Assembly (NCBI GenBank): GCA_965212615.1
Contig: OZ243114.1
Span: 3,287,745 to 3,351,744, forward strand
Reading direction: 5' to 3'
Source of the DNA: Henriciella sp.
GTDB lineage: Bacteria > Pseudomonadota > Alphaproteobacteria > Caulobacterales > Hyphomonadaceae
DNA length: 64,000 bases
The position numbers and the translations under genes are program-made. A model generated the notes under the pieces. It searched no databases, had not been told where the DNA came from, and saw nothing but the letters and a program-made list of their open reading frames with translations. Positions 27,861-37,657 of the stretch are shown here, one piece after another; positions within the stretch are counted from its first letter, which is position 1; each line of letters starts with the position of its first letter.

Positions 27861-28297
27861 TTGCTGTCGACGCGCTTGGAGCGCTTCTTGATGGTGCCGG
27901 AGAAGTTCAGCACGGGGCGGCCATCGCTAGTGATCACACCGCGCACGAAGGTGATCGACTTGCCGCCGCCCATCACCTCGCCGCGAGCTTCGATCAGCTC
28001 GCCTTCCAACGCCCCGGCGAGAAACTCGGAGGTAAAGGCAACGGTGACGCCATAGCCATCCTCTTCGCCGGAATGAGCCAGGGCGAACAAGGCATAATCG
28101 GCAAAGGTCATCAGCGCGCCGCCATGCACCACGCCGCCAGCATTCATGTGCTTGTGTTCGGCCCGGAAGGCGGCGACCATGCTGCCATCTTCTTCCTGGC
28201 GCGTGTAGAAGGGGCCAGCCGTATCGTGTTCAAACGGTTCGCCCGGCCAGGTGTGCCAGCCCTTGAATTCGCCCTCGGCGACGATTTTGGTTTGCAT
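27857..28297 (-). CDS. PaaI/4HBT-family hotdog-fold thioesterase
   Basis: 146 aa with the [14 protein letters not shown] motif. Its stop overlaps the purT start, so the two form an operon. Confidence 0.75.
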   Translation of the reverse strand: MQTKIVAEGEFKGWHTWPGEPFEHDTAGPFYTRQEEDGSMVAAFRAEHKHMNAGGVVHGGALMTFADYALFALAHSGEEDGYGVTVAFTSEFLAGALEGELIEARGEVMGGGKSITFVRGVITSDGRPVLNFSGTIKKRSKRVDSK

Positions 28298-28417
28298 GTG
28301 GGATCTCCTTACGCAGCTTTGATAGCGCCGCTGCAGAGTTTCACCAGAGTGACACGGCGTCAGGGTTCGACTTGGCGCTCAGGTGCGCGTAGGGTGGCGG
28401 CCAGGAGGATTGTTCGT

Positions 28418-29578
28418 ATGGCTTTTGATCCCGAAATTCGTGACGCATTGATTGACCAGGTGCGCCGCTTCGTGCGCGAGCGCTGTGTCCCGGCTGAAGC
28501 CGAGGTGTCGGAACAGGACCTGGTACCGGGCGAGCTGGTTCAGGAAATGAAGGAGCTCGGCCTGTTCGGCCTGGCGGTGCCGGAAGAGTATGGCGGGCTC
28601 GGCCTGGATATGGAGACCGAATGCCTGGTCGGGTTCGAGCTCGGCTGGACGTCGCCCGCGTTCCGCTCTGTTGCCGGCACCAATATCGGCATCGGCTCGC
28701 AAGCGCTGGTCCTGTTCGGGACCGATGCGCAGAAGGAAAAATACCTGCCTGGCATTGCCAGCGGCGATTATATTACCAGCTTCGCGCTGACCGAGCCAGA
28801 AGCCGGGTCGGACGCAGCCGGCCTGCGCACCAAGGCGGCGAAAGATGGCGATGATTATGTCCTGAATGGCGGCAAGCGCTATATCACCAATGCCAATGTC
28901 GCTGACTTGTTCACGGTAATGGCGCGTACCAATCCGGATGAGCCAGGGGCAAAAGGGGTGTCGGCCTTCATCGTGGCCCGCGACACAGATGGCGTCAGTG
29001 TCGGCAAGCCGGAAAAGAAAATGGGCCAGCAAGGCGCGCATATCTGTGACGTCAATTTCGACAATGCGCGGGTGCCGTCAGAGATGATGATTGCGGGTGA
29101 AGGCGAAGGCTTCAAGGTCGCGATGAGCGTGCTCGACAAAGGCCGCCTGCACATCTCGTCCGTTTGTACGGGGATGATGGAGCGCCTGGTCAGCGAAATG
29201 GTCAATTACGCCCTGGAACGCGAACAATTCGGCAAGCCGATCATGCAGCATCAGCTGATCCAGGCGATGATTGCTGACAGCCAGGCCGAGGCTTATGCAG
29301 CGCGCTGCATGATCCTGGATGCGGCGCGCAAAAGGGATGCAGGCGAACCGGTGACGATGCTCGCCTCATGCTGCAAGATGTTTGCCTCTGAAGCAGTTGG
29401 CCGGGTCGCTGACCGCGCCGTACAAGTGTTTGGCGGCGCCGGTTATGTCGCTGATTATGGCGTTGAGCGATTCTTCCGCGATGCGCGGATTTTCCGCCTT
29501 TACGAAGGCACGACCCAGATCCAACAGATCATCATCGCGCGCGAGCTAAGCCGCGCCGCCAAGCGAGGAGAGATTTAG
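28418..29578 (+). CDS. Acyl-CoA dehydrogenase
   Basis: 386 aa. A GGAGGA RBS precedes it. Classic ACAD motifs (TEPEAGSDAAG, YEGTTQIQ) are present. Confidence 0.9.
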   Translation: MAFDPEIRDALIDQVRRFVRERCVPAEAEVSEQDLVPGELVQEMKELGLFGLAVPEEYGGLGLDMETECLVGFELGWTSPAFRSVAGTNIGIGSQALVLFGTDAQKEKYLPGIASGDYITSFALTEPEAGSDAAGLRTKAAKDGDDYVLNGGKRYITNANVADLFTVMARTNPDEPGAKGVSAFIVARDTDGVSVGKPEKKMGQQGAHICDVNFDNARVPSEMMIAGEGEGFKVAMSVLDKGRLHISSVCTGMMERLVSEMVNYALEREQFGKPIMQHQLIQAMIADSQAEAYAARCMILDAARKRDAGEPVTMLASCCKMFASEAVGRVADRAVQVFGGAGYVADYGVERFFRDARIFRLYEGTTQIQQIIIARELSRAAKRGEI

Positions 29579-30829
29579 ATGCCGGATACCGAACACGAAT
29601 TTGCCCCGGAAGATGTCGGCCTGAACCGCGAGCGGCTGGCCAATATTCCGGACTATTTCGACAAGGCCTATATCAGCAGCGGCAAGCTGCCTTGCGTTGC
29701 CACAATGGTGTCGCGCAATGGCCAGATCGTGCATGAATCCTATCGCGGCAATACGCATTTGGACGGCGGCGCGCCGATTGGACCGGATACGATCTTCCGG
29801 ATCTATTCCATGACCAAGCCGGTGACCTCGGTCGCAGCGATGATGCTGCATGATGAAGGCGTTCTGCGGCTCGATCATGAGATTGCGCGCTACATTCCCG
29901 AATTCGCAGATGTAGAAGTCTGGGATGGCGGCGACCTGAACGATTACAAGACCCGCAAGCCGGACCGGCCGATGACGGTGCGCGATGCTTTCACTCACAC
30001 AACCGGTGTCACCTATGGCTTCCTGATGCAGCATGAGGTGGACGCGCTGTATCGCCGGGAAAAGATCGGCAATATCGGCGAAGGCGACGGCGAGACCCTG
30101 GGCGAAATGTGCGCCCGTATTGCGAAGCTTCCTTTGGTCTTCTCACCCGGTGAGCGCTGGAATTATGGCCACTCGACCGATATTCTCGGCCGCGTCGTCG
30201 AGGTTGCCAGCGGTACCTCCATTGATGTCTTTTTCCGCGAGCGCATCTTTGAGCCGCTAGGCATGGTCGATACCGATTTCTTCGTGCCTGAGAGCAAGAT
30301 TGATCGCCTGATGGCCTGTTATGTCAAGGACCCGGTCACCGGCAAAGTCAGGATGAGTGATGGCGCCGGCGCGGACAGCCGGGCCTATGCGCACCAGCCC
30401 AAACTGCTCAATGCGGGCGGCGGCCTGGTCTCGACCTTGAGTGATTATCACCGCTTCTGTCTGATGCTGCTGCAAGGCGGTAGCCTTGAAGGGGCGCGCC
30501 TGCTGAGCCCGAAAACGGTTGAGTTCATGCGCATGAATCACCTGCCAGGCGGCAAGACGATCAAGGAAATGGGCGACCAGACCTTTTCCGAAGCGCGAAT
30601 GGAAGGCAATGGCTTTGGCCTGGGCGGGTCGACTGTGGTCGATGTCGCCGAGACGCTGACGCCAGGATCGCCAGGCACATTCAGCTGGGGCGGGTTGGCC
30701 AATACGTTCTTCTGGATTGACCCGGTCGAGGAGGTCATCGCCATTCAGGCGACGCAGATGATCCCGAGCGGTTGCTATCCGATCCGGCCGCAATTTCAGC
30801 AATTGGTCTATGCTGCAATTGACTGGTAG
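29579..30829 (+). CDS. Beta-lactamase-fold serine hydrolase (EstB/class C-like esterase)
   Basis: The S-x-x-K motif is YSMTKP. The start codon abuts the ACAD stop. Confidence 0.8.
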   Translation: MPDTEHEFAPEDVGLNRERLANIPDYFDKAYISSGKLPCVATMVSRNGQIVHESYRGNTHLDGGAPIGPDTIFRIYSMTKPVTSVAAMMLHDEGVLRLDHEIARYIPEFADVEVWDGGDLNDYKTRKPDRPMTVRDAFTHTTGVTYGFLMQHEVDALYRREKIGNIGEGDGETLGEMCARIAKLPLVFSPGERWNYGHSTDILGRVVEVASGTSIDVFFRERIFEPLGMVDTDFFVPESKIDRLMACYVKDPVTGKVRMSDGAGADSRAYAHQPKLLNAGGGLVSTLSDYHRFCLMLLQGGSLEGARLLSPKTVEFMRMNHLPGGKTIKEMGDQTFSEARMEGNGFGLGGSTVVDVAETLTPGSPGTFSWGGLANTFFWIDPVEEVIAIQATQMIPSGCYPIRPQFQQLVYAAIDW

Positions 30830-30974
30830 CCGGATTTGCGCTTTACGCGCGCCCGAGTTGTTCTCGTCGACCGGGCTCTGAGGGTCCCGGGCGGTGCGGT
30901 CCGCGCTGCGATGCCGTATGCCTGTCGAGGCAATTCACCATAGGCCTGTTTAGCCACTAACTTTGAAACGTTAG

Positions 30975-31052
30975 ATATGTGTAGCTCAAGTGGATACGAG
31001 CATCTGACTGAGAATCAGACGTATGCGGGTTCGATTCCCGTCACATGATCCA
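30975..31052 (+). tRNA. tRNA-like gene: full cloverleaf with anticodon GAG (Leu codon CUC) but a short 5-nt variable loop, an A1-A72 mismatch, discriminator U and encoded CCA
   Basis: Hand-folded: acceptor ATATGTG/CACATGA, D arm GCTC-AAGTGGATAC-GAGC, anticodon arm TCTGA-CTGAGAA-TCAGA, variable loop CGTAT, T arm GCGGG-TTCGATT-CCCGT. Conserved positions U8, A14, G18G19, U33, T54-T55-C56 and A58 are all present. Confidence 0.45.
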
Positions 31053-31418
31053 AGCCGCTTCGGCGGTGCCAAAAAATCGGGGATGCCGGGCATCCCTCCG
31101 CCAGCGGCGCCAGACCCTTCGGGGCGCGGCTAAGCCGGCAGCCAGACATCGGCCGAGTGCCCCTGACGACGAGGGTGGCCGGAGAGACATCGGAGGAGGG
31201 GCCCAGGCGGCGCCGCGGCGCCAAATGCACCCCTTCAACCCGCTCTTCGCCCGCCTTGCCGGATCAGACGGCCCGCCAGATATTTGGTGAGGAATGCCCG
31301 GTCATCTCTTTTTTTCCTTGCAAATGCAATCATTGGCCGGTATTGCCCGCGTCCCCCGAAATCAGTCGGGGATCATGTGTCATGCAAATCCATGACCTTC
31401 CAACTGGAGGATAATCCA

Positions 31419-32582
31419 ATGTGGCCGCTTTTCAGGTCCATCACGATCACCAGCACCGAACGTGGCGTCTTGCTGCGCGACGGACAGGTTGAGCGTATCC
31501 TCCTGCCGGGCCGCCATCAGATTCCGGTTGCCGGTCCGCGCAGCGAGCTACGCATATTCGACGTGTCTCGTCCGCTCGACAAGCAAGACTGGGTGCGGGC
31601 GCTTGAGGCGCGCGATGCCGCGCTTCTGGCCAAACACCTTGAAGTCGTTCGCCCGAGCGAAAGCGAAGTCGGTATTGTCCGCCTCGACGGCAAAGTGAAA
31701 TATGTTGTCGAACCGAGCGGTGATATCGCCTTGTGGAAAGGCTTTCGCGACATCGGCGTGGACCGTCTCGATGTGTCCGAGGCGCCCAAACTCGATCGCA
31801 AGGCGCTGAATGCGCTGGCCACTGTGTCGCCGCGTTTCATCACCCGGGTCACCGTGCCCAGCGGCTTTGAAGGCCTGGTCTATGTCGATGGCGATTTGCG
31901 CGAACGGCTCAAACCGGGTGTTCACGCCTATTGGTCTGCGGTGCGCGAGGTAGATCTCGTCACGCTTGACCTGCGGCGCCAGACCACAGAGGTCACGGCG
32001 CAGGAAATCCTGACCCAGGACCGCGTGTCGATTCGGGTTACGCTGACGGCGTTCTGGCAGATCACTGATCCGGTCAGAGCCGGTGAGGCCAAGGATCTGA
32101 ATGAGCAGATCTACCGTCACATCCAGTTCGCCATCCGTGATGCGGTTGCGAACCGGACGCTGGACGAGCTGCTCAATGCCCGCGGTGAGATCGACCCTGA
32201 GCTTACCCAGGCGGTTCAAGCCATGGGCGCGTTCGCTGATTTCGGTGTCGAAATCGCGTCTGTCGGTCTGAAGGATGTCATCTTGCCTGGCGAGATGCGC
32301 GAAATCCTCAACCGTGTGGTCGAGGCCGAGAAACAGGCACAGGCGAACCTGATTCGCCGGCGTGAAGAGACCGCAGCGACGCGGTCTCTGCTCAACACCG
32401 CGCGGTTGATGGAGAACAATCCCTTGCTGCTGCGGATGAAAGAGCTGGAAACGCTGGAAAAACTGACCGAGAAAGTCGGTCGGCTGGATGTCAGCACATC
32501 AGCGCCGGGTCACGGCCTGGAGGGTCTGATCAACAACCTGATCCGCCTGTCGGATCAGCGCCCTGAATCCTCAGGCAACTGA
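31419..32582 (+). CDS. SPFH/band-7 (slipin/stomatin-like) domain protein
   Basis: A GGAGGA RBS precedes it. An SPFH domain (RVTVPSGFEGLVYVDGDLRERLKPGVHAYW...ILTQDRVSIRVT) is followed by a coiled-coil region. No NfeD partner gene is adjacent. Confidence 0.7.
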   Translation: MWPLFRSITITSTERGVLLRDGQVERILLPGRHQIPVAGPRSELRIFDVSRPLDKQDWVRALEARDAALLAKHLEVVRPSESEVGIVRLDGKVKYVVEPSGDIALWKGFRDIGVDRLDVSEAPKLDRKALNALATVSPRFITRVTVPSGFEGLVYVDGDLRERLKPGVHAYWSAVREVDLVTLDLRRQTTEVTAQEILTQDRVSIRVTLTAFWQITDPVRAGEAKDLNEQIYRHIQFAIRDAVANRTLDELLNARGEIDPELTQAVQAMGAFADFGVEIASVGLKDVILPGEMREILNRVVEAEKQAQANLIRRREETAATRSLLNTARLMENNPLLLRMKELETLEKLTEKVGRLDVSTSAPGHGLEGLINNLIRLSDQRPESSGN

Positions 32583-32596
32583 GGCCAGCATCGCAA

Positions 32597-32626
32597 GGTC
32601 GCCCGTGTGAACGGGCGGCCTTTTTG
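32597..32626 (+). terminator. Rho-independent terminator after the SPFH gene
   Basis: GCCCG-TGTGAA-CGGGC hairpin followed by GGCCTTTTTG. Confidence 0.6.
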
Positions 32627-32818
32627 CTGACCTGCGGGCACAAGAAAGAGGTATTTTGTACCTTAAAACCACAAAATTCACTTTTTATTTTTCGTGCCAG
32701 CGCTGTCAGGGTTGCATTATCGAGCAAAAAAACCATGTTCCCCGGCGTAAGCTCCAAATCGCTTCGGTCTGCCTGGTCCAAGTGCAAAAAAATATGGGGC
32801 TGTCGCCGGAGGAAGTAG

Positions 32819-33193
32819 ATGACAAAACAGGACAACCCATTTCACACCTATGTCGAAGACCTGTTCGCAGGCCTTGGGCGAATTCGTATTCGAAAAATGT
32901 TTGGCGGCGCCGGCGTTTATTCGGGCGAAGACATGTTCGCCCTGATCGATCACGATCGGGTTTACGTAAAATCAGACGAGGCGCTGAAAGCCGATCTGGT
33001 CGAGGAAGGCGGTGAAGCCTTTGAGTGGACCAATCCGAGCACTGGCAAGACGATCACGATGAGCTATGTCTCGCTGCCGGTCAACGCGCTCGATGATCGC
33101 GACGAAGCCTCGTCCTGGGCGCGCAAAGCGCTCAATGTGGCGGTTCAGGCTCGCCGCGCCAAAGTCAAGTCGCCGCGTCGCACGACGTTTTAA
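32819..33193 (+). CDS. TfoX/Sxy N-terminal-domain protein
   Basis: 124 aa with the RKMFGGAGVY motif of the TfoX_N domain. A lower-GC promoter region lies upstream. Confidence 0.65.
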   Translation: MTKQDNPFHTYVEDLFAGLGRIRIRKMFGGAGVYSGEDMFALIDHDRVYVKSDEALKADLVEEGGEAFEWTNPSTGKTITMSYVSLPVNALDDRDEASSWARKALNVAVQARRAKVKSPRRTTF

Positions 33194-33201
33194 GCGCCAG
33201 C

Positions 33202-33987
33202 TCAGCTCTGTCTGAAATTCGCAGGGCGTTTCTCCAGGAACGCCTTGACCCCTTCCTTGAAATCGCCTTGCCGACCTGCCGTGCGCTGGGCGTAGCGCTC
33301 GGCCTGTAATTGGCTGTCAAAATCATTGTCTTCAGCCTGCCAGACCAGGTCGCGGATCAGCGCCAGCGCCTGGGTTGGGCCGTCAGCGAGGCGTTTGGCA
33401 TAAGCCCGCGCTTCGTCCATTAGCTGGTCATCCGGCACGACTTTATTGATCATTCCCCAATCCAGGGCCTGGCTCGCTGGGACTTTGTCGCCGAACAGAG
33501 CCATTTCCATCGCCTTTGCCCGGCCGACCAGGCGCGGCAGCAGGAAGGTCGAGCCGCCATCTGGCACCAGACCGATGCGGCGGAAGGCCTGCAGGAAATA
33601 GCCGCTCTCGGCCGAGATAATGAAATCTCCCATCAGCGCAATCGAACAGCCAACGCCAGCCGCCGCCCCATTCACGGCCGTGATGATCGGATGCGGATGG
33701 GTTCGCATCGCCTTGATGAAAGGATTATAATGCGTGTCGAGCGCCTTGCCGGCATCTGGCTTGCCTTTTGGCGCTTCAGCAGGATTGGACGACAGGTTGG
33801 CGCCAGAGCAGAAGCCGCGGCCAGTGCCGGTCAGAATGGTGCAGCGCGCTTCATCACCGGCGCGCTCGATGGCCAGCAATAATTCCTCGATCGTGTCGAC
33901 GCCCGCCGCGTTCAGAGTTTTCGGATCGTCAAAGGCGATGGTGGCGATATCGTCGCTGACATCATAAGCGATCTTCTTGTAAGTCAT
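33202..33987 (-). CDS. Enoyl-CoA hydratase/isomerase family protein
   Basis: 261 aa with crotonase motifs (GRGFCSGANL, AAVNGAAAGVGCSIAL). Confidence 0.85.
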   Translation of the reverse strand: MTYKKIAYDVSDDIATIAFDDPKTLNAAGVDTIEELLLAIERAGDEARCTILTGTGRGFCSGANLSSNPAEAPKGKPDAGKALDTHYNPFIKAMRTHPHPIITAVNGAAAGVGCSIALMGDFIISAESGYFLQAFRRIGLVPDGGSTFLLPRLVGRAKAMEMALFGDKVPASQALDWGMINKVVPDDQLMDEARAYAKRLADGPTQALALIRDLVWQAEDNDFDSQLQAERYAQRTAGRQGDFKEGVKAFLEKRPANFRQS

Positions 33988-34150
33988 GGAGTTCTCCGGT
34001 CTGCTGGGACCTGTCTTGGTCGTGTCTTGCCGGGCAATCTATTCGTCTGGGGCGCGGTGAAAACCGTGACCCTACGGCAGCCGGAAATGTTTTGTTTTCG
34101 CCGCGTTCTGCGGTATCCTTTACGTCAACGATAAGAGAGCCTCGGAGGAT

Positions 34151-35590
34151 ATGATGGCATTGGATGCAGTTTCAGCGGATGGCATGGGCGCCATTCTGGC
34201 CAAACAGAAAGCGGCGAACATTCGCGATGGCATTCCATCGGCTGAGCAACGCGAAGCCTGGATCGACAAGTCCATCGACTTGCTGGTCACTCATGGCGAA
34301 GCCCTGGCCAAGGCCATGGCTGAGGATTTCGGCCACCGCTCCATCGATCAGTCAAACCTGACCGACATTGCCGGTTCGATCGGCGCTTTGAAATTTTCCA
34401 AGAAGCATTTGCGTAAATGGATGCGCCCGGAAAAACGCAAGGTTGAGTTCCCGCTCGGTCTGCTCGGGTCCAAGGCTCAGATCCAGTATCAGCCAAAAGG
34501 CGTGATCGGGGTTATCAGTCCGTGGAATTTCCCGGTCAATCTGACCTTCGCACCGCTCGCTAATGTGTTTGCGGCAGGCAACCGGGCGATGATCAAACCG
34601 TCCGAGTTTACCGAAAAGACCAGCGACCTGATGGCCGAGCTGATCGCCAAATATTACAGCGATGAAGAAGTCGCCGTGATCACAGGCGGGCCGGATGTCG
34701 GCGCCAAGTTCACGCAGCTGCCTTTCGACCATATGATCTTTACCGGCGCGACCTCGATTGCCCACCATGTGATGCGCGCAGCGGCGGACAATCTGGTGCC
34801 GCTGACGCTCGAGCTCGGCGGCAAGTCGCCCGTGGTGCTCGGCAAGTCTGCTGATCTCGAAAAAGCTGCCACCCGGATCATGGCCGGCAAGACGATGAAT
34901 GCCGGACAGATCTGCCTGGCCCCGGATTATGCCTTTGTTCCGCAAGAAAAGACCGGCGACTTTGTTGGCGCCGCGCAGGCGGCGGTTGGCAAGATGTACC
35001 CGGACGGTTTGAAGGACAATGACGACTATACCTCGATCGTCAATCAGCGCCATTTTGAGCGTCTGAATTCCTATCTCGACGATGCCCGCGAAAAAGGCGC
35101 TGAAGTGGTCGAGATCAATCCGCAGAACGAGAATTTCAGCCAGCAGCCTCATCACAAGATGGCGCCGCATATCGTGCTCAACCCGACGGACGACATGAAA
35201 GTGATGCAGGATGAGATTTTCGGCCCGATCCTGCCTTTGAAGACTTATACCGAGACCAAGGATGCGGTGGCCTATATCAATGACCATCCGCGCCCGCTCG
35301 GCCTGTATTATTTCGGCGACGATGCGAATGAACGCGACATGGTTCTGAACAATACAACCTCAGGCGGGGTGACGGTGAATGATGTGATCTTCCATGTCGC
35401 CCAGGAAGACCTGCCATTTGGCGGCGTCGGCCCGTCAGGCATGGGCGCCTATCACGGCCGCGACGGCTTTTTCGAGTTCAGCCACAAGAAGGCGATCTAT
35501 ACCCAGACCGGCAACGAGATCCTGGCCATGATGCGCCCGCCTTACACGGACAAGTTCCGCAAGCAGATTGCCGGCCGGATGAAGAAGTAG
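34151..35590 (+). CDS. NAD(P)-dependent aldehyde dehydrogenase (coniferyl-aldehyde DH-like subfamily)
   Basis: 479 aa with ALDH motifs (ELGGKSP and the catalytic Cys region GQICLAPDY). Confidence 0.9.
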   Translation: MMALDAVSADGMGAILAKQKAANIRDGIPSAEQREAWIDKSIDLLVTHGEALAKAMAEDFGHRSIDQSNLTDIAGSIGALKFSKKHLRKWMRPEKRKVEFPLGLLGSKAQIQYQPKGVIGVISPWNFPVNLTFAPLANVFAAGNRAMIKPSEFTEKTSDLMAELIAKYYSDEEVAVITGGPDVGAKFTQLPFDHMIFTGATSIAHHVMRAAADNLVPLTLELGGKSPVVLGKSADLEKAATRIMAGKTMNAGQICLAPDYAFVPQEKTGDFVGAAQAAVGKMYPDGLKDNDDYTSIVNQRHFERLNSYLDDAREKGAEVVEINPQNENFSQQPHHKMAPHIVLNPTDDMKVMQDEIFGPILPLKTYTETKDAVAYINDHPRPLGLYYFGDDANERDMVLNNTTSGGVTVNDVIFHVAQEDLPFGGVGPSGMGAYHGRDGFFEFSHKKAIYTQTGNEILAMMRPPYTDKFRKQIAGRMKK

Positions 35591-35613
35591 ACCTCGCCCG
35601 CAAATCGAACTGA

Positions 35614-35645
35614 AAGCCGCCTCTGACTGAGGCGGCTTTTTCTAG
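35614..35645. terminator. Bidirectional rho-independent terminator between the convergent ALDH and S9 peptidase genes
   Basis: AAAGCCGCCTC-TGACTGA-GGCGGCTTTTTCT. Confidence 0.65.
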
Positions 35646-37588
35646 TCCAGCGGCAAGTGTTCGGCGATGAAGCGGTCCATTTCGCGCAGGGTTTGCAGGC
35701 GGGTGTCGGCGACCGACAGCCAATGGTCTTCGCCTTTGAGCTTGACCAGCTCGACCGACTTGCCGGCGCGGCGCAGGGCGCGCTCCATGACCCGGCTCTG
35801 ATTGAAAGGCACGACGGTGTCATCATCGCCGTGCAAGAGCAGAACCGGTGCGGTGACGTTTTCGGCGAAATTGACCGGCGAGATCGATTTCAGCTTGGCG
35901 CGGCGCGCATCGCCGGCGCTCATGACATCTTCCCAATAGGAAACGACCCAGTGATTTCTGCCCCAGTCTTTTTTCTCCTTGTCCAGCATCTGGTTCAGGT
36001 CTGACACGGGTGCGATGGCGATCACGCAAGCGTACTTGTCTGGTGTAAACACCGCGCCAGCCAGAGCCGCATAACCGCCATAACTTGCACCGGCGATGCA
36101 AACCCGGTCAGGGTCAATCAGCTCAGCGGCGGCCAATGCAGTGATGCTGTCGGTGATATCGTCCTGCATCTTGCCGCCCCACTCGCCGCGGCCTTTGTCT
36201 TCAAAGTCCTGCCCGAACCCGGTCGAGCCGCGGAAATTGGGTTGCACGACTGCATAGCCGCGATTGGCGAAATATTGCGCCATCCAGTCAAAGTCGAAGC
36301 GATCATATGAGGCTGGCCCGCCATGCGGCAGAATGAGTGCGGGCAGATGCCGATCCGTCTCGCTATTATACTCAGGCGGCATGGTCAGGACGGCCTGAAT
36401 GGAGAGGTCGTCGCGGGCCTGATATTCGATGCTGATCAGCTGACCGATCGATTCTGGGGGCACGTCTGGTCGGCCTTTGGTCAACAGCGCCAGATGATCC
36501 TCAGCCGGTTTGTGCACCAGCCAGACTACGCCCAGCCCAATCGAGAAGACCTGGTACAGGACAGTGCTGCGATCATCGGACCAGGAGTCGATATAGATCG
36601 TCGCCCCGGGCAAGCGTGCCGAAACCAGATCGAAACTGGTTTGCAGTCGGTCGTCCAGAAAGTGGTAATCAGGGGTGAGCCCTGAATATCGAACGCCAAC
36701 CAGTTTGCTGTTGTGATCAGTATAATAGCGTTCGATTGATTGGTTGTGCTCGGGAATAACCGGACCGGAAATCTCTCCGCTGAGGCTGAGTTTTGTGGGG
36801 TCGTCAAAGGTCGTCCCATCCGCCCCTTCGCCGATGATCACAAGTCCGGATTCATCCGGCATGATGCCGAGAATGGACAGATCTGGAATCGCGGTTTTGA
36901 ACGCGTAGATCGTCTTCCAGTCGCCATCCTTAAGCCACTGAATCGAATAAGTGTTGGTCTCGTTATTGTATCTCTGGCGGGCGATCGCATTGCCAGTGTC
37001 ATCAACATACCAGCGCCGCGTATCGGCGGTGCCTCGAACGTGGCGGGATCCGTGCGCTGAATCCAGTGACGCAATCATCAGATCATAAGACGACCCGGCC
37101 CTGTCGCGCCCGGTCCAGGCCGGCATCAATACAGTGTTCGGTGTCGGCCCGAGGCCAACAATTCGGCTGAGCCCACTTTGCGCCCGGTACAGGTCTTTTG
37201 AACGCGATAGCAGTTGCACGATTTCCCGGGTTTCCAGGTTGACCGACATCGCGCTTGAATATTCATAGGCGCCGCGCAGCCGGGCAGAGCTGGCGGTTTC
37301 AGAGGCGCGTACAACGACGTGATTGTCGCTGTAGAATCCGACCCCGCGAGCCTTGCTTTCATCGATTGAGAATTGATGGGTGATCGATCCGGAAACTTCG
37401 AAAATGACGAGGCGCGTGCCGTTTGCCGTATTTGCAATCGCGGCCACCCGTGAGCCGTCAGGCGACAGGGCTGCAGATGAGATCAGCGGTAGCGCGCCAT
37501 AGGAGTCCAAAGCAGGTCTAGGCGGCTCAGCAGCGCCATTCAGCGCGACTAGGATCAAACTGAATGCGATTGTAAAAGTACGGAACAC
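35642..37588 (-). CDS. Secreted S9-family serine peptidase, paralogue of the gene at 15449-17398
   Basis: Signal peptide present. GASYGGY catalytic motif. The C-terminal domains of the two proteins align well by eye. Confidence 0.85.
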   Translation of the reverse strand: MFRTFTIAFSLILVALNGAAEPPRPALDSYGALPLISSAALSPDGSRVAAIANTANGTRLVIFEVSGSITHQFSIDESKARGVGFYSDNHVVVRASETASSARLRGAYEYSSAMSVNLETREIVQLLSRSKDLYRAQSGLSRIVGLGPTPNTVLMPAWTGRDRAGSSYDLMIASLDSAHGSRHVRGTADTRRWYVDDTGNAIARQRYNNETNTYSIQWLKDGDWKTIYAFKTAIPDLSILGIMPDESGLVIIGEGADGTTFDDPTKLSLSGEISGPVIPEHNQSIERYYTDHNSKLVGVRYSGLTPDYHFLDDRLQTSFDLVSARLPGATIYIDSWSDDRSTVLYQVFSIGLGVVWLVHKPAEDHLALLTKGRPDVPPESIGQLISIEYQARDDLSIQAVLTMPPEYNSETDRHLPALILPHGGPASYDRFDFDWMAQYFANRGYAVVQPNFRGSTGFGQDFEDKGRGEWGGKMQDDITDSITALAAAELIDPDRVCIAGASYGGYAALAGAVFTPDKYACVIAIAPVSDLNQMLDKEKKDWGRNHWVVSYWEDVMSAGDARRAKLKSISPVNFAENVTAPVLLLHGDDDTVVPFNQSRVMERALRRAGKSVELVKLKGEDHWLSVADTRLQTLREMDRFIAEHLPLD

Positions 37589-37657
37589 GTTGCATCTCCC
37601 TCAAGCACAGAGGCAGACTAGTCGCGCACTATATTTGTTCAACTGGGATTCTGAACT

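Noticed and set aside
30975-31400. Possible permuted (two-piece) tmRNA gene, suggested by the GGTTCGATTCC T-loop and the encoded CCA
   Set aside because: The structure has a full D arm and anticodon arm, which tmRNA lacks. The acceptor is not the GGGG/G3-U70 type. No downstream tag-peptide ORF ending in Ala-Ala was found.
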